A stretch of DNA of 64,000 bases from Candidatus Uhrbacteria bacterium (GTDB taxonomy: Bacteria; Patescibacteriota; Patescibacteriia; UBA9934). Every line of letters starts with the position of its first letter. The stretch's first letter is position 1. The stretch covers positions 122,128 through 186,127 of the forward strand of contig DOZH01000008.1 in the NCBI GenBank assembly GCA_003518105.1, read 5' to 3'. Below are positions 39,049 to 48,304 of the stretch, piece after piece. The notes under the pieces are model-generated. The model was not told the origin of the DNA and ran no database searches. It saw nothing but the letters and a program-made list of their open reading frames with translations. The position numbers were made by a program, and so were the translations under genes.

Positions 39049-39555
39049 TCACGGGTCTAGCGGCTTGACGGGCAAATGCAGTTCAGGAATCGGCTCTGGG
39101 TGCGGGGCTGGCTGGCCAGTTGCCAAACGTTCCAGATACTCTTTTTCCTCCAAAATCCACGGAGGATGATCGCCTGGCAGCAGAACCTGAGCGGGCGGTC
39201 CCAAATAGCCCAACTCTTTTCCATCGTCGAGCTGATGAACAGGCGAGTTATCGTCGTTGTGCTCAACAAAGACTCGTGATGGCGGCGCACCATTTGAAAA
39301 AGTTTCTGCTGTCATGCGAGGCAATGCACGACGCTCGACTGGCAGACGAGAAATAATTTCAATTGGCGGCCGAGGCTCCACGTAGTTATCCGTGAGTTCC
39401 TCAAGCTCGTCTTGCTGCCTTACCGGTGTGGGCAACCTAGAAATTCGCGGTACGGCACGGTTGAGACGCCACAAGCGATAACCCTCTGCTCCCAGCGCCA
39501 ACCACATCATGATGGCCGGCCCGAGGCAGCAGCAATCAACGTAATAGTGGGACAT
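39049..39555 (-). CDS. Hypothetical Pro-rich protein with N-terminal hydrophobic segment
   Basis: GGAGG SD-like site before the ATG and its own terminator. Confidence 0.5.
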   Translation of the reverse strand: MSHYYVDCCCLGPAIMMWLALGAEGYRLWRLNRAVPRISRLPTPVRQQDELEELTDNYVEPRPPIEIISRLPVERRALPRMTAETFSNGAPPSRVFVEHNDDNSPVHQLDDGKELGYLGPPAQVLLPGDHPPWILEEKEYLERLATGQPAPHPEPIPELHLPVKPLDP

Positions 39556-39599
39556 AGCCCCTCCAGGAGTGGCTACAAACTAGCAGATTATAGGAGCCT

Positions 39600-40265
39600 T
39601 TACAATCCTTGGTCCCAAGTGACCTGGCCGTCGCCGGTAATATCGACCGTGGCACCTTCATACTCTGGCAAGGCTCCGAGCAACACGTCAACATACGCTT
39701 TAACCACAGCAAACCGCTCACGCAGCGCAAACTGCTCGTCTTTACCATAAGGCTGACGTTCCGCCGCCACGCCATAAGCATCTAGGCCGAGAGCCTGGCC
39801 AATATAGAGCGCTCGTGGCAGATGGAACGTTTGGCTAGAAACTATAGCCGACGTCACACCAAAAATATTACGCGCCCGGTACATCGTGTCGTAAGTATCA
39901 AAACCAGCATGGTCCAAAAATATATCTTGCGGAGCCACACCAAGCGTCAACAAATAGCGGCGCATCGCATTCACTTCATCATAGTCTGGGCTACCGTGAT
40001 CGCCAGAAACAATAATCTTCGGCGCCTTTCCCGCCGCATACAACTCGTCAGCCATAAGCAAACGATCTTTCAAAACATCGGAAGGTTGACCGCTTGGCAA
40101 AACGCTGGCGCCGGGTACGATGATGACTTGTGCGACTGGCACAGTGTCGACGGTCAAAATTCGACTAGCCAATGAACCAATAGCTGCCTGTGCACTAAAA
40201 AACAAGGCGATAGCTAAACCAACCACTATCACCACGCCACCCCAAATTAATCTAGCTAATCTCAT
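39600..40265 (-). CDS. SanA/YdcF (DUF218) family protein
   Basis: VPGASV, DRL, SGD, DHAGFDTYDT, FHLPRA and RE motifs. Confidence 0.9.
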   Translation of the reverse strand: MRLARLIWGGVVIVVGLAIALFFSAQAAIGSLASRILTVDTVPVAQVIIVPGASVLPSGQPSDVLKDRLLMADELYAAGKAPKIIVSGDHGSPDYDEVNAMRRYLLTLGVAPQDIFLDHAGFDTYDTMYRARNIFGVTSAIVSSQTFHLPRALYIGQALGLDAYGVAAERQPYGKDEQFALRERFAVVKAYVDVLLGALPEYEGATVDITGDGQVTWDQGL

Positions 40266-41872
40266 AAGCCGGTGCTCATCTCAGTTGGCCGAGCCGACTT
40301 CAGAAGCTTACGCTTAAGTCCATAAATAACCGCGAGCATTTCAGGACTCCCGACGGCAAAAGCTACCAGGCAGTAAACCAGCAAACCAGCGCCACCTGCA
40401 ATCGCCGTCTGCAAAGCCACGTTTCCTAAAGTATCAAGCTCCCAAACTGCCGAAAAAGCATACTTGACCAACTGCATCGCCGCAGCCGCTGTCCCACCTG
40501 CCAATAATAACAAGGCTGCCGACCAAGCAATTTTGCGTTCGTCGAGGTTCCCGAGGCGACGATGCAGCAACACCCACAGCACGGTGGCTTGAAAAATTGC
40601 CGTCAAAGTAAAACTCAAACCCAGTCCGGTCACGCCCATGCTAGAAGTAAAGAACCAAGCTCCAACTCCATTCAACAAAGCCGAACCGAGGCCGACAACA
40701 AATGGCGTAACGGTGTCCTCATGAGCAAAATAAGCACGAACAAGAACGTAAACAAGTGACTGAGCCAAAAAGCTGATAGCAAAAAACCCGAGGATGTTAG
40801 CCGTCGTGATGGTCGCCGCCCAATCGAAGCTGGCCGAGCCGTAGAGAATACGGACAATTTGGGCGCGCAATAATAATGTAACCGCCGTAATCGGAATAAT
40901 AAAAAACATTACCTGACGCACCGTATCCGAAAATGAGCGGCGGAAAGATTCCTTATCATTCTTATTAGCAAAGTCACAGAAAGTTGGGTAGGCAGCAATG
41001 GCATAGGACACCGCGAAGACACCAATCGGAAAATAGTTTAGAGCATAAGAAATGTTAAGTAGCGTCGCCGAACCAGCCACCAAGGACGACGCCAGAATAT
41101 CCATCACCAAGAAGTTAACTTGGTTAATGGCCAAACCCATTACGCGCGGCCCCATCTGTTTGAGCGAATGCCAAACGTCCGACTCCTTCCAGAATTTAAC
41201 AAAAGCAAACCTATAGCCCAAGCCAAAGACGCCGACCAACTGAATGGCCGCGTGCAACAAAGCCCCAAAAACAGTGCCGTATGCCAGGCCAAGCGGACCA
41301 AAAATTGGCACAAAGAAAATAGCGCCAAATATGATACCCAAGTTGTTGACGATCGGCGCCAATGAATAAAGGAAGAAGCGTTTGGCTCCCTGCAAGACGG
41401 ATCCAAAGACCATGGAAATACTGAAGAAAGCCTGACCAATAAACATGATCCGCATCATCTTCACCATCAGCGCCCGCGTTTCCGGTGGAAAGTTAATGCC
41501 AAGCGGGATAGCTAAAAGCGGCGCAAATATTTCCCCAAGAATAGCTAAGCCAAGAAAACCAATCACTAACGTCACCAACATGGCATTAGTGTACTTCCAC
41601 GCTTTCTCCTCGTTATGTGCAAAGTAGTAACGTGAGAAAATTGTGATGAAGCTAGCGGACAAGGCACCAATGACGAACAGTTGCAGGATTATATCGGGAA
41701 TACGCAACGCCTGGTAGTAAGCGTCGGTAATCTGATCGTGGCCATAAAAAAGGTGCAGCAGAATACGATCACGCACAAAACCAGCCACGCGCGAAGCAAT
41801 CGAGAAAACACCGACAATTATGGCTGCACTAGCAATCGTCGGCGAGGCACTGTTAAAGAGTTTTTTAATCAT
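40262..41872 (-). CDS. murJ: Lipid II flippase MurJ
   Basis: SRVAGFVRD, DAYY.A.RIPD, GALS.SFI and LVRAYFA..DT.TP motifs. Confidence 0.92.
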   Translation of the reverse strand: MIKKLFNSASPTIASAAIIVGVFSIASRVAGFVRDRILLHLFYGHDQITDAYYQALRIPDIILQLFVIGALSASFITIFSRYYFAHNEEKAWKYTNAMLVTLVIGFLGLAILGEIFAPLLAIPLGINFPPETRALMVKMMRIMFIGQAFFSISMVFGSVLQGAKRFFLYSLAPIVNNLGIIFGAIFFVPIFGPLGLAYGTVFGALLHAAIQLVGVFGLGYRFAFVKFWKESDVWHSLKQMGPRVMGLAINQVNFLVMDILASSLVAGSATLLNISYALNYFPIGVFAVSYAIAAYPTFCDFANKNDKESFRRSFSDTVRQVMFFIIPITAVTLLLRAQIVRILYGSASFDWAATITTANILGFFAISFLAQSLVYVLVRAYFAHEDTVTPFVVGLGSALLNGVGAWFFTSSMGVTGLGLSFTLTAIFQATVLWVLLHRRLGNLDERKIAWSAALLLLAGGTAAAAMQLVKYAFSAVWELDTLGNVALQTAIAGGAGLLVYCLVAFAVGSPEMLAVIYGLKRKLLKSARPTEMSTGL

Positions 41873-42825
41873 AGTTCGCTCTCAACTGAAGCACGGCTGG
41901 CTTTACGACGAACCACAATAACGCTCAACAAGATGCCAATGGCCAGCAAACCGAGCACAATTAGCAAAACTTGCACGGCGGGATTGGTCAGTTGCCAGAA
42001 TGATTCAGTCGAATCATCGGCGGTTGGCTCTGCAGCTATAACGTTGTCAAAAATGCCATATGCTTTATCGGGCCACACCGTGCCGTCTGGAGCGTTCGAC
42101 GAAATTGTGTTCACAGCCGTAGTCGTCGCATTAGCAACAGGCGAGTTCGTGGTTGAGCTAGCCAATGGAATAGAGCTGGGGCTAGCAGCATCGGGAGCAG
42201 TCACCGTGGCCACCGAAGTCTTAGCCGGGGCAACTGCCACCGTCTTAGCAGGAATAGTTGGAGCTGGTGTTGGGGCTGGGGGTGGCGTCACTATAGCTGG
42301 CTTCGGGGTATTGTCGACGCTATCGCAAACATCACCAATACCGTCGTAATCAAGGTCCGCTTGGTCGGCGTTAGCATTATCACGACAGTTGTCCGAAGCG
42401 TCGAGAATACCGTCTTTGTCCGCATCGAGAATCGCCGTATACAGCACCGTCATGGCTGAATCATTGTTCGAGTTTTGATCGGCTGGATTAGAGCCAGCTA
42501 GCACGGCGTAAATATTGAACGAGCTATCAGGTACTAAAAAGTCAACAAAAACTTCCTCTGGCGCACCATCAGCTCGCAATGACACAGGTTGTGTCGCACC
42601 AATAATTTTCGAACCATTATAAAAAACTACGCTAGCCTGCACGTCCACATCCCCAATATTGCGTACTCGAGCATAAATGCGAACTGTATCGCCACTATAA
42701 AATTTGGCGGTGGAAAAAGTAATTGAACCGTTGTCGATCGCAAGGTCGGCCGTAGCTGCCTGCGCCAAACATGGCAGCCATAAACTCACCCCAACAATTA
42801 CTCCTAATAGCCAATTATTTTTCAT
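41869..42825 (-). CDS. Surface protein: CARDB/Ig domain, thrombospondin type-3 repeats, Pro/Ala/Thr linker, C-terminal TM anchor
   Basis: Signal peptide; DADKDGILDASDNC...DQADLDYDGIGDVCD; TM helix followed by RRK. Confidence 0.8.
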   Translation of the reverse strand: MKNNWLLGVIVGVSLWLPCLAQAATADLAIDNGSITFSTAKFYSGDTVRIYARVRNIGDVDVQASVVFYNGSKIIGATQPVSLRADGAPEEVFVDFLVPDSSFNIYAVLAGSNPADQNSNNDSAMTVLYTAILDADKDGILDASDNCRDNANADQADLDYDGIGDVCDSVDNTPKPAIVTPPPAPTPAPTIPAKTVAVAPAKTSVATVTAPDAASPSSIPLASSTTNSPVANATTTAVNTISSNAPDGTVWPDKAYGIFDNVIAAEPTADDSTESFWQLTNPAVQVLLIVLGLLAIGILLSVIVVRRKASRASVESEL

Positions 42826-42837
42826 ATAACTCTCATT

Positions 42838-43422
42838 CTAACCCGCCCTCGTATCTCGTAACTTCCCATGCACCACTCCGCTAATCCAATACTCGCGAGC
42901 AATGTCTGGGTGAATATGCAAGCGCAAACGGTAGCTTGGATGCACGCGGACGGTGACGTTGGTGAGTAACGCTGGTTGCTCACCAATAATTTCTATTTCC
43001 ACAATCTTACCGTTCTGGAGACGCAGACTGACGGCTTCCGTTTCCGAACAGTGTAAGTGCGCTTGTGGAATAATCACACTCGCCTCCGCCTCAACCTCCC
43101 CAGCCGGACCAACCAGACGACAAGTAGCGGCCTGACTGACCTCGCCGGAGCGGGCGATTGGCGCGTTGAGACCAAGCAAGGCAGCCTCAGTCGGCGTCAA
43201 CTCAACCTGTGTAAACTTACGGTGTGGGCCAAGAACACGGAGCGTAACTGAGCGTTTGAGCTTGCCGAATACTTGGAGCGACTCAGCATAAGCAAACTGC
43301 CCACTCTGCGCCAAAGCGTGAGTAATAGTGGCGGCCTGGCCAACGCCAAACAACTTAGCCTGATGCTCCTCAGACAAATGAATGTGGGAGGGAATGATTT
43401 CGATCGGGATAGGACGAGACAT
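42838..43422 (-). CDS. pduL: PduL-family phosphate propanoyl/acetyltransferase
   Basis: HIHLS, LFG, Q.GQFA, RVLGP.R..TQVE, R.SG, HLH and LHI motifs. Confidence 0.82.
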   Translation of the reverse strand: MSRPIPIEIIPSHIHLSEEHQAKLFGVGQAATITHALAQSGQFAYAESLQVFGKLKRSVTLRVLGPHRKFTQVELTPTEAALLGLNAPIARSGEVSQAATCRLVGPAGEVEAEASVIIPQAHLHCSETEAVSLRLQNGKIVEIEIIGEQPALLTNVTVRVHPSYRLRLHIHPDIAREYWISGVVHGKLRDTRAG

Positions 43423-43440
43423 GAGAGTATTGTATCACAA

Positions 43441-44163
43441 TCATCTAACACGTTTCACCTTGTCGTAAGCTTGGCCATATGACGGCCGCTTAATCGAGCC
43501 AAAAAGCATAATATAAGGCTCCGCCAAACCATTCACCAGCAAAAAACGCAAGCGCCCAATCTTCTCTTGCCGACGCATGGTAATGCCGACTTTCACACTA
43601 TTCAGCACACCAAACTTGTAACCAGCATCCCGTACACGCAAGCCGTAGTCATGGTCTTCCGCAAACGTCACCGCCGGATCAAAACCCCCAATCTCATTAT
43701 GCACCTTCCGCCACACCATCATCATCGTGCCGATCGGGTGTGGATGACGCGCGCCCCACAGCCGCACGTAGCTATTATAAAATTTAAACGACGCCTGGTC
43801 GAGCATAGTGCCACCTTTAACGGCCACATCACAAGTCACCAAATCGAGCTTGCTAACGATGAACTCGTCCACCGCCTTCGCCAACCAGTCACGCCCCTCA
43901 ATAAGCGCATCCGCATCCAGAAACAAAATAATTTCCGCCGTCGACGCTTTAACGCCAGCATTACGGCCAACCGCGGCAATACCGCCGTGCACCACCTTCA
44001 CACCCTCAAACCCCAAGGCTATCTCCCGCGTGCCGTCCGTACTCCCAGCGTCAGCCACCACAATCTCGTCCGGTATTCTCGTTTGCCCCAAAAGAGCCAC
44101 CAACAACGCCGGCAAATACTTCACTTCATTTTTAGTAGGAATGACGACGGCGACGTGTAGCAT
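43441..44163 (-). CDS. GT2 glycosyltransferase
   Basis: VVIPTKNE, VADAGSTDGT, FLDAD and GGFD...AED motifs. Confidence 0.9.
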   Translation of the reverse strand: MLHVAVVIPTKNEVKYLPALLVALLGQTRIPDEIVVADAGSTDGTREIALGFEGVKVVHGGIAAVGRNAGVKASTAEIILFLDADALIEGRDWLAKAVDEFIVSKLDLVTCDVAVKGGTMLDQASFKFYNSYVRLWGARHPHPIGTMMMVWRKVHNEIGGFDPAVTFAEDHDYGLRVRDAGYKFGVLNSVKVGITMRRQEKIGRLRFLLVNGLAEPYIMLFGSIKRPSYGQAYDKVKRVR

Positions 44164-44245
44164 AGTTGGGAGTATTATAGCAAACTTATAACTCTTTGAC
44201 ACATTCGGCCTCACATGCGAACATTCCGCCACCCAGGAGCCTCAC

Positions 44246-44818
44246 ATGACCGTTTTCCTTCTTCCCTTCCTCGCTCTCTTCACCACCAGTGCCGCAGCTG
44301 GCACTTCCGCCCAGATCAACGTCAAGGCCGCCGGCAGCGCCAAGCTCGTCGACAAGATTGACCTCGGCGTGTTCGCCAACGCCATGCTCTTGCCCGGCAC
44401 CACGGCCTACTACTGCGCCTACGCTGGCCCAGGCTTTCAACTCACCCCTTGGTGGTGGACCAGCCCCCGTGGTGGCGTCATCCTCAACTGGCCGAGCACC
44501 GGCCAGGCCTCGCCCATCGCGTCACTCTGGAACTACGTCACATTCTACGGCGGCGACCTCTCGCTCTTCCTCGAGACGGAAGTGTACGCCCGGCCCGGCG
44601 GTGGCGTCGACTACTTCGGCTTCTATCAGCTGGACTACCACTTCAAGGCCCTGAGCCTCGGCTTGCTCGGCGAGCAACTCAACACCGGCGTCACCGCTGG
44701 CCCAGTGGTCACCTACGCCTTCAACGAGCATCTCTCCTCCGGCGTCGAGTACCACTTCAACCCCGTGGACCTCGCCAACCAGACCATCCGCTTCAACCTC
44801 TCACTCAAGTTCAACTGA
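44246..44818 (+). CDS. Exported hypothetical protein, beta-strand rich
   Basis: Signal peptide, AGGAG SD, strongly C-ending codons, alternating beta pattern, ends RFNLSLKFN. Confidence 0.65.
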   Translation: MTVFLLPFLALFTTSAAAGTSAQINVKAAGSAKLVDKIDLGVFANAMLLPGTTAYYCAYAGPGFQLTPWWWTSPRGGVILNWPSTGQASPIASLWNYVTFYGGDLSLFLETEVYARPGGGVDYFGFYQLDYHFKALSLGLLGEQLNTGVTAGPVVTYAFNEHLSSGVEYHFNPVDLANQTIRFNLSLKFN

Positions 44819-44852
44819 CACCTCATCACCTCGTACTCTCCCCTCGCCGCCC

Positions 44853-44889
44853 TGAAGCCCTCGTGCTTCACGGGCGGCTTCTTCATTTC
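44853..44889 (+). terminator. Intrinsic terminator
   Basis: GAAGCC-CTCGTG-CTT-CACGGG-CGGCTTC hairpin followed by pyrimidines. Confidence 0.55.
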
Positions 44890-44947
44890 ACTACCAAACA
44901 TATGCTTCGCACTGACAGTGCCTAACAACGCCAACAAAAATTAAATA

Positions 44948-45535
44948 TTAATGATGTTTCAACTGTTTTCTGCGGATAATTATAAAAAGACTAAACATTG
45001 AGTTCGCTAAGACCCAAGTAACTGGGTATAAAAGTGTGAGAATATTAAATTGCTGTAAGGCGGCAATGCTCAAACCATGACGAATAGCGGTCAATTCCCA
45101 AGTAAATAAACCTTCCTCATAAGGCTTATTCCATGATTTACGAATAGTAGGAGCAAAGCCCATTAAGTCAGTTGTCACCAACAGGATGATCGACCAGACC
45201 GGCTGTTTTACTACCAACCATAAGAATAATGCTACGAAACCAACGAGCAAGAATATTATATCAAGAAGTGTGATATGTTTTTCTCCATATTTTATCGATA
45301 AGAAAAAAATGAAGGCACAAATAGCACTCACTACAAAAGTGATCCAAGCACCCACGCCAGCCCCTCCATAAACTTGCAAACCCCAAGTAATAAAGCTCGC
45401 CACCGTCCAAATTAAGAAGGTGAAAGCATGAGGTTTAATTTTATGAGATAATATTCCCTTAACATAAATACCATAGCCCCCAAAAGTGAGAGCTACAGCT
45501 ACAATGCTGACAATAATCTTATAGGTTGGAATCAT
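44948..45535 (-). CDS. Integral membrane protein (PQ-loop-like duplicated topology)
   Basis: Six to seven TM segments; IKPH..T..IW and PTIRKSW.KP.EE motifs; low GC. Confidence 0.7.
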   Translation of the reverse strand: MIPTYKIIVSIVAVALTFGGYGIYVKGILSHKIKPHAFTFLIWTVASFITWGLQVYGGAGVGAWITFVVSAICAFIFFLSIKYGEKHITLLDIIFLLVGFVALFLWLVVKQPVWSIILLVTTDLMGFAPTIRKSWNKPYEEGLFTWELTAIRHGLSIAALQQFNILTLLYPVTWVLANSMFSLFIIIRRKQLKHH

Positions 45536-45593
45536 AATTCTTTAGTAGTATACACAATCTAACAAAAAAGGCTCGGTCAAGCCGAGTCTCTCT

Positions 45594-45670
45594 TGGTGTA
45601 TCTGAGCGGATTCGAACCGCTGACCTTCTCCTTCGGAGGGAGACACTCTATCCAGCTGAGCTACAGATAC
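45594..45670 (-). tRNA. tRNA-Arg(CCG)
   Basis: GTATCTGTAGCTCAGCTGGATAGAG-TGTCTCC-CTCCGAA-GGAGA...GGTTCGAATCC...CAGATACACCA cloverleaf with encoded CCA. Confidence 0.97.
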
Positions 45671-46105
45671 CTACTTTTTTGTTAACACATACATCGCAAT
45701 CCCCGATGCCACTGAAACATTCAGCGACTGCTTCTTACCCATCGGAATAACCACCAAGCCATCGAGTAATTGCCGAGTCTCAGCGTCGATTCCCGCCACT
45801 TCATTGCCAAGAACGAGAGCAATGCGAGCCTCGTCGATGAGGGCAATGTCCACGGCCTCCTCCCCCGTCTCCAAACCGAGCACAGTGTAACCCGCTTGTC
45901 GGCACTCGTCGATGGCGGCGGTGACGTCGGTCTTAGCCCAGTCAACCAAAAGCTCAGCGCCCAGGGCCACTTTAGCAATTTCCTTGCGGGGTGGCGTCTC
46001 CGTAAAGCCCGTTAAATATAGCTTTTCCACGTTAAAAGCGGCCGCATTGCGAAAGATACTGCCAACGTTGTGGAGACTGCGAATGTCGTGAGCAATGATA
46101 ATCAT
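45671..46105 (-). CDS. SpoU/TrmH family RNA methyltransferase
   Basis: HNVGSIFR, LVLGNEVAG and IPM..KQSLNVSVA SPOUT motifs. Confidence 0.92.
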   Translation of the reverse strand: MIIIAHDIRSLHNVGSIFRNAAAFNVEKLYLTGFTETPPRKEIAKVALGAELLVDWAKTDVTAAIDECRQAGYTVLGLETGEEAVDIALIDEARIALVLGNEVAGIDAETRQLLDGLVVIPMGKKQSLNVSVASGIAMYVLTKK

Positions 46106-46188
46106 AGCCCGAGGAGCATACTAGGATTAGCCAAAAACGACAATTCGTGTAATACTCGCGCCAAATTAACCGGTAATCTCAATTCAAT

Positions 46189-47358
46189 ATGAGTCAGTTC
46201 CCAACCTTGCGCACCAACCTCTGCCCAAGTCCTGATTTGTGCGGCAGCTGCGGCTGGTCCCACATCCCTTACGAAAAGCAACTCCAACAGAAACTTTCCG
46301 ACATCAACGGCAGCTTTGCTATTAAAAAGTTGCGCTACACGGTGGAAGAAATTATCGCCGCGGGCAAGACCGAGCACTACCGTAACCGCATGGATTTCGT
46401 CATCGACTTCCAAGGCAAGATGGGTCTCCGCGAAAAAGGTAAATGGTGGAGCGTCATTGATGACCACACTTGTTTCTTGGGCGACGTGAAGATTGAAGAG
46501 CTTTTCAAAATCACCCGCGACTGGACCAAGACTGCTGGTCTCACCTTCTTTGACCGCAAAGCTCATACCGGTTTGCTCCGTTACGCCGTCATCCGTGCCA
46601 CAAGTATTGGCGAGAGCATGATCACCGTGGTGACGAGCGCGCCAAAAGATGAAATTGAAAGATCTAGTGTCGTAAAAGCACTGCAAGATTTAGCCGAAGT
46701 CTCGAAAGCTACCACCGTTGTCTGGTCCATCAACCATACTATTACGGACGTCAGCTTCGGTGACGAACTCATTACTATCACTGGTGACGGCGTCATCAAC
46801 GAGAACATTGGCGGCGTAAAGTACCGTATCTCCCCGAACGCTTTCTTCCAAACCAACTCCCACATGGCCGCCGTCCTCTTGGACACCGTCCGCGAGTTTG
46901 CTGGCGACTTAACTGGCAAGACCTTAATGGACCTTTACTGCGGCACTGGTTTCTTCGCGGTTGCCATGGCCGGTCATGCTAAAAAGACCATCGGCGTCGA
47001 GCTCAACCCCGACGCTATTCGTGATGCCAAAGTCAACGCGGAAATCAACAAGGTGGACGTCACCTTCCACGACGTCGCCACCGAAAAGTTCGACTGGATG
47101 TCCCTCGGCGCCGACGTGGTCATTCTCGACCCACCACGCAGCGGTATGCACGACAAAGCCCTCGCTGACGTCATTGCCGCCAAGCCAGAACGCATAGTCT
47201 ATGTGTCCTGCAACTACAAGAACTTCGCCCGCGAATTACAGCAATTGCAGCTCCACTATTCCATCGAATCCATGCGCGCCGTGGACATGTTCCCCCACAC
47301 ACCCCATGTTGAGCTCATCACTTCCCTCCTCCGCCGTCCACCCGCAGTCCAAGCCTAA
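46189..47358 (+). CDS. RNA (uracil-5)-methyltransferase, RlmD/RlmC family, no TRAM domain
   Basis: C..CGSC, YRNRM, FFQTN, DLYCGTG, DPPRSG, YVSC and DMFPHTPHVE motifs. Confidence 0.92.
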   Translation: MSQFPTLRTNLCPSPDLCGSCGWSHIPYEKQLQQKLSDINGSFAIKKLRYTVEEIIAAGKTEHYRNRMDFVIDFQGKMGLREKGKWWSVIDDHTCFLGDVKIEELFKITRDWTKTAGLTFFDRKAHTGLLRYAVIRATSIGESMITVVTSAPKDEIERSSVVKALQDLAEVSKATTVVWSINHTITDVSFGDELITITGDGVINENIGGVKYRISPNAFFQTNSHMAAVLLDTVREFAGDLTGKTLMDLYCGTGFFAVAMAGHAKKTIGVELNPDAIRDAKVNAEINKVDVTFHDVATEKFDWMSLGADVVILDPPRSGMHDKALADVIAAKPERIVYVSCNYKNFARELQQLQLHYSIESMRAVDMFPHTPHVELITSLLRRPPAVQA

Positions 47359-47439
47359 CATTGCCAAAGCGGCCTGTTTCTGCTAGTATCATCTCTTATT
47401 TAATCGGCACTGAGTTATCTCGGTGACTACCTCAACTCT

Positions 47440-48297
47440 ATGAAAAAGTCCGGATTCGTCAGTATTATCGGAAGGAGCAACGTCGGCAAGTCAACCTTAC
47501 TTAACAGCTTGGTCGGCAGCAAAATCTCCATCACCACCCCAAAACCACAAACCACCCGTCGCCCAATTCAAGGCGTCATTACCACCAACCAGGGCCAGGC
47601 CGTCATTGTCGACACCCCAGGCTTCATGCAAAAAGCTCGTGACCCACTTACCCAAAAGTTAACCGGTTGGATTAAAGACGCCCTGCGCGACGTCGAACTA
47701 GTCATTTACGTGGTCGACCCAACTCGTCAAATTGGTGACGAAGAAAAGGCGGCTCAGCGTATGATTGAGCACGTCACTGTGCCTAAACTCTTGGTCATCA
47801 ACAAGATGGACGACCCAACCTACCGTTACAACGTCGACTTCTACCGCGACTTAGCTAAAAAGTTTGATGCCTACGTGGAAGTTTCGGCTTTAACCGGCAA
47901 GGACGTCAACCTCATTAAGCGCTGGATCTTCGACAATCTTCCTGAAGGCGAGGCTCACTACCCAGACTTCCAGCTCACCAACCAGAGCAACAAAGAATGG
48001 TTGAGTGAACTGATCCGCGAAAAACTCTTCCTCCGTTTGCGCGAAGAACTTCCATATTCAACGCACGTCGAGGTTGAGGATATCAATGAACGCCAGAACG
48101 GCATCGTCTACGTCAAAGCCACCGTCTTTACCTCCGCTGCTCGTTACAAGCCGATGATCATCGGCGTTGGCGCTCGTGGCATTAAAGAAATCGGCCAATC
48201 CACTCGCCGCGAACTCGAAGCGATTACGGACAAGAAGTATTATTTGGACCTGAACGTGGAGGTCGACGCCAGTTGGTTGAACCGCTTGGAGATCTAA
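47440..48297 (+). CDS. era: GTPase Era
   Basis: GRSNVGKST, QTTR, DTPG and NKMD motifs; KH domain with EELPY. Confidence 0.97.
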   Translation: MKKSGFVSIIGRSNVGKSTLLNSLVGSKISITTPKPQTTRRPIQGVITTNQGQAVIVDTPGFMQKARDPLTQKLTGWIKDALRDVELVIYVVDPTRQIGDEEKAAQRMIEHVTVPKLLVINKMDDPTYRYNVDFYRDLAKKFDAYVEVSALTGKDVNLIKRWIFDNLPEGEAHYPDFQLTNQSNKEWLSELIREKLFLRLREELPYSTHVEVEDINERQNGIVYVKATVFTSAARYKPMIIGVGARGIKEIGQSTRRELEAITDKKYYLDLNVEVDASWLNRLEI

Positions 48298-48304
48298 AAT
48301 CACA

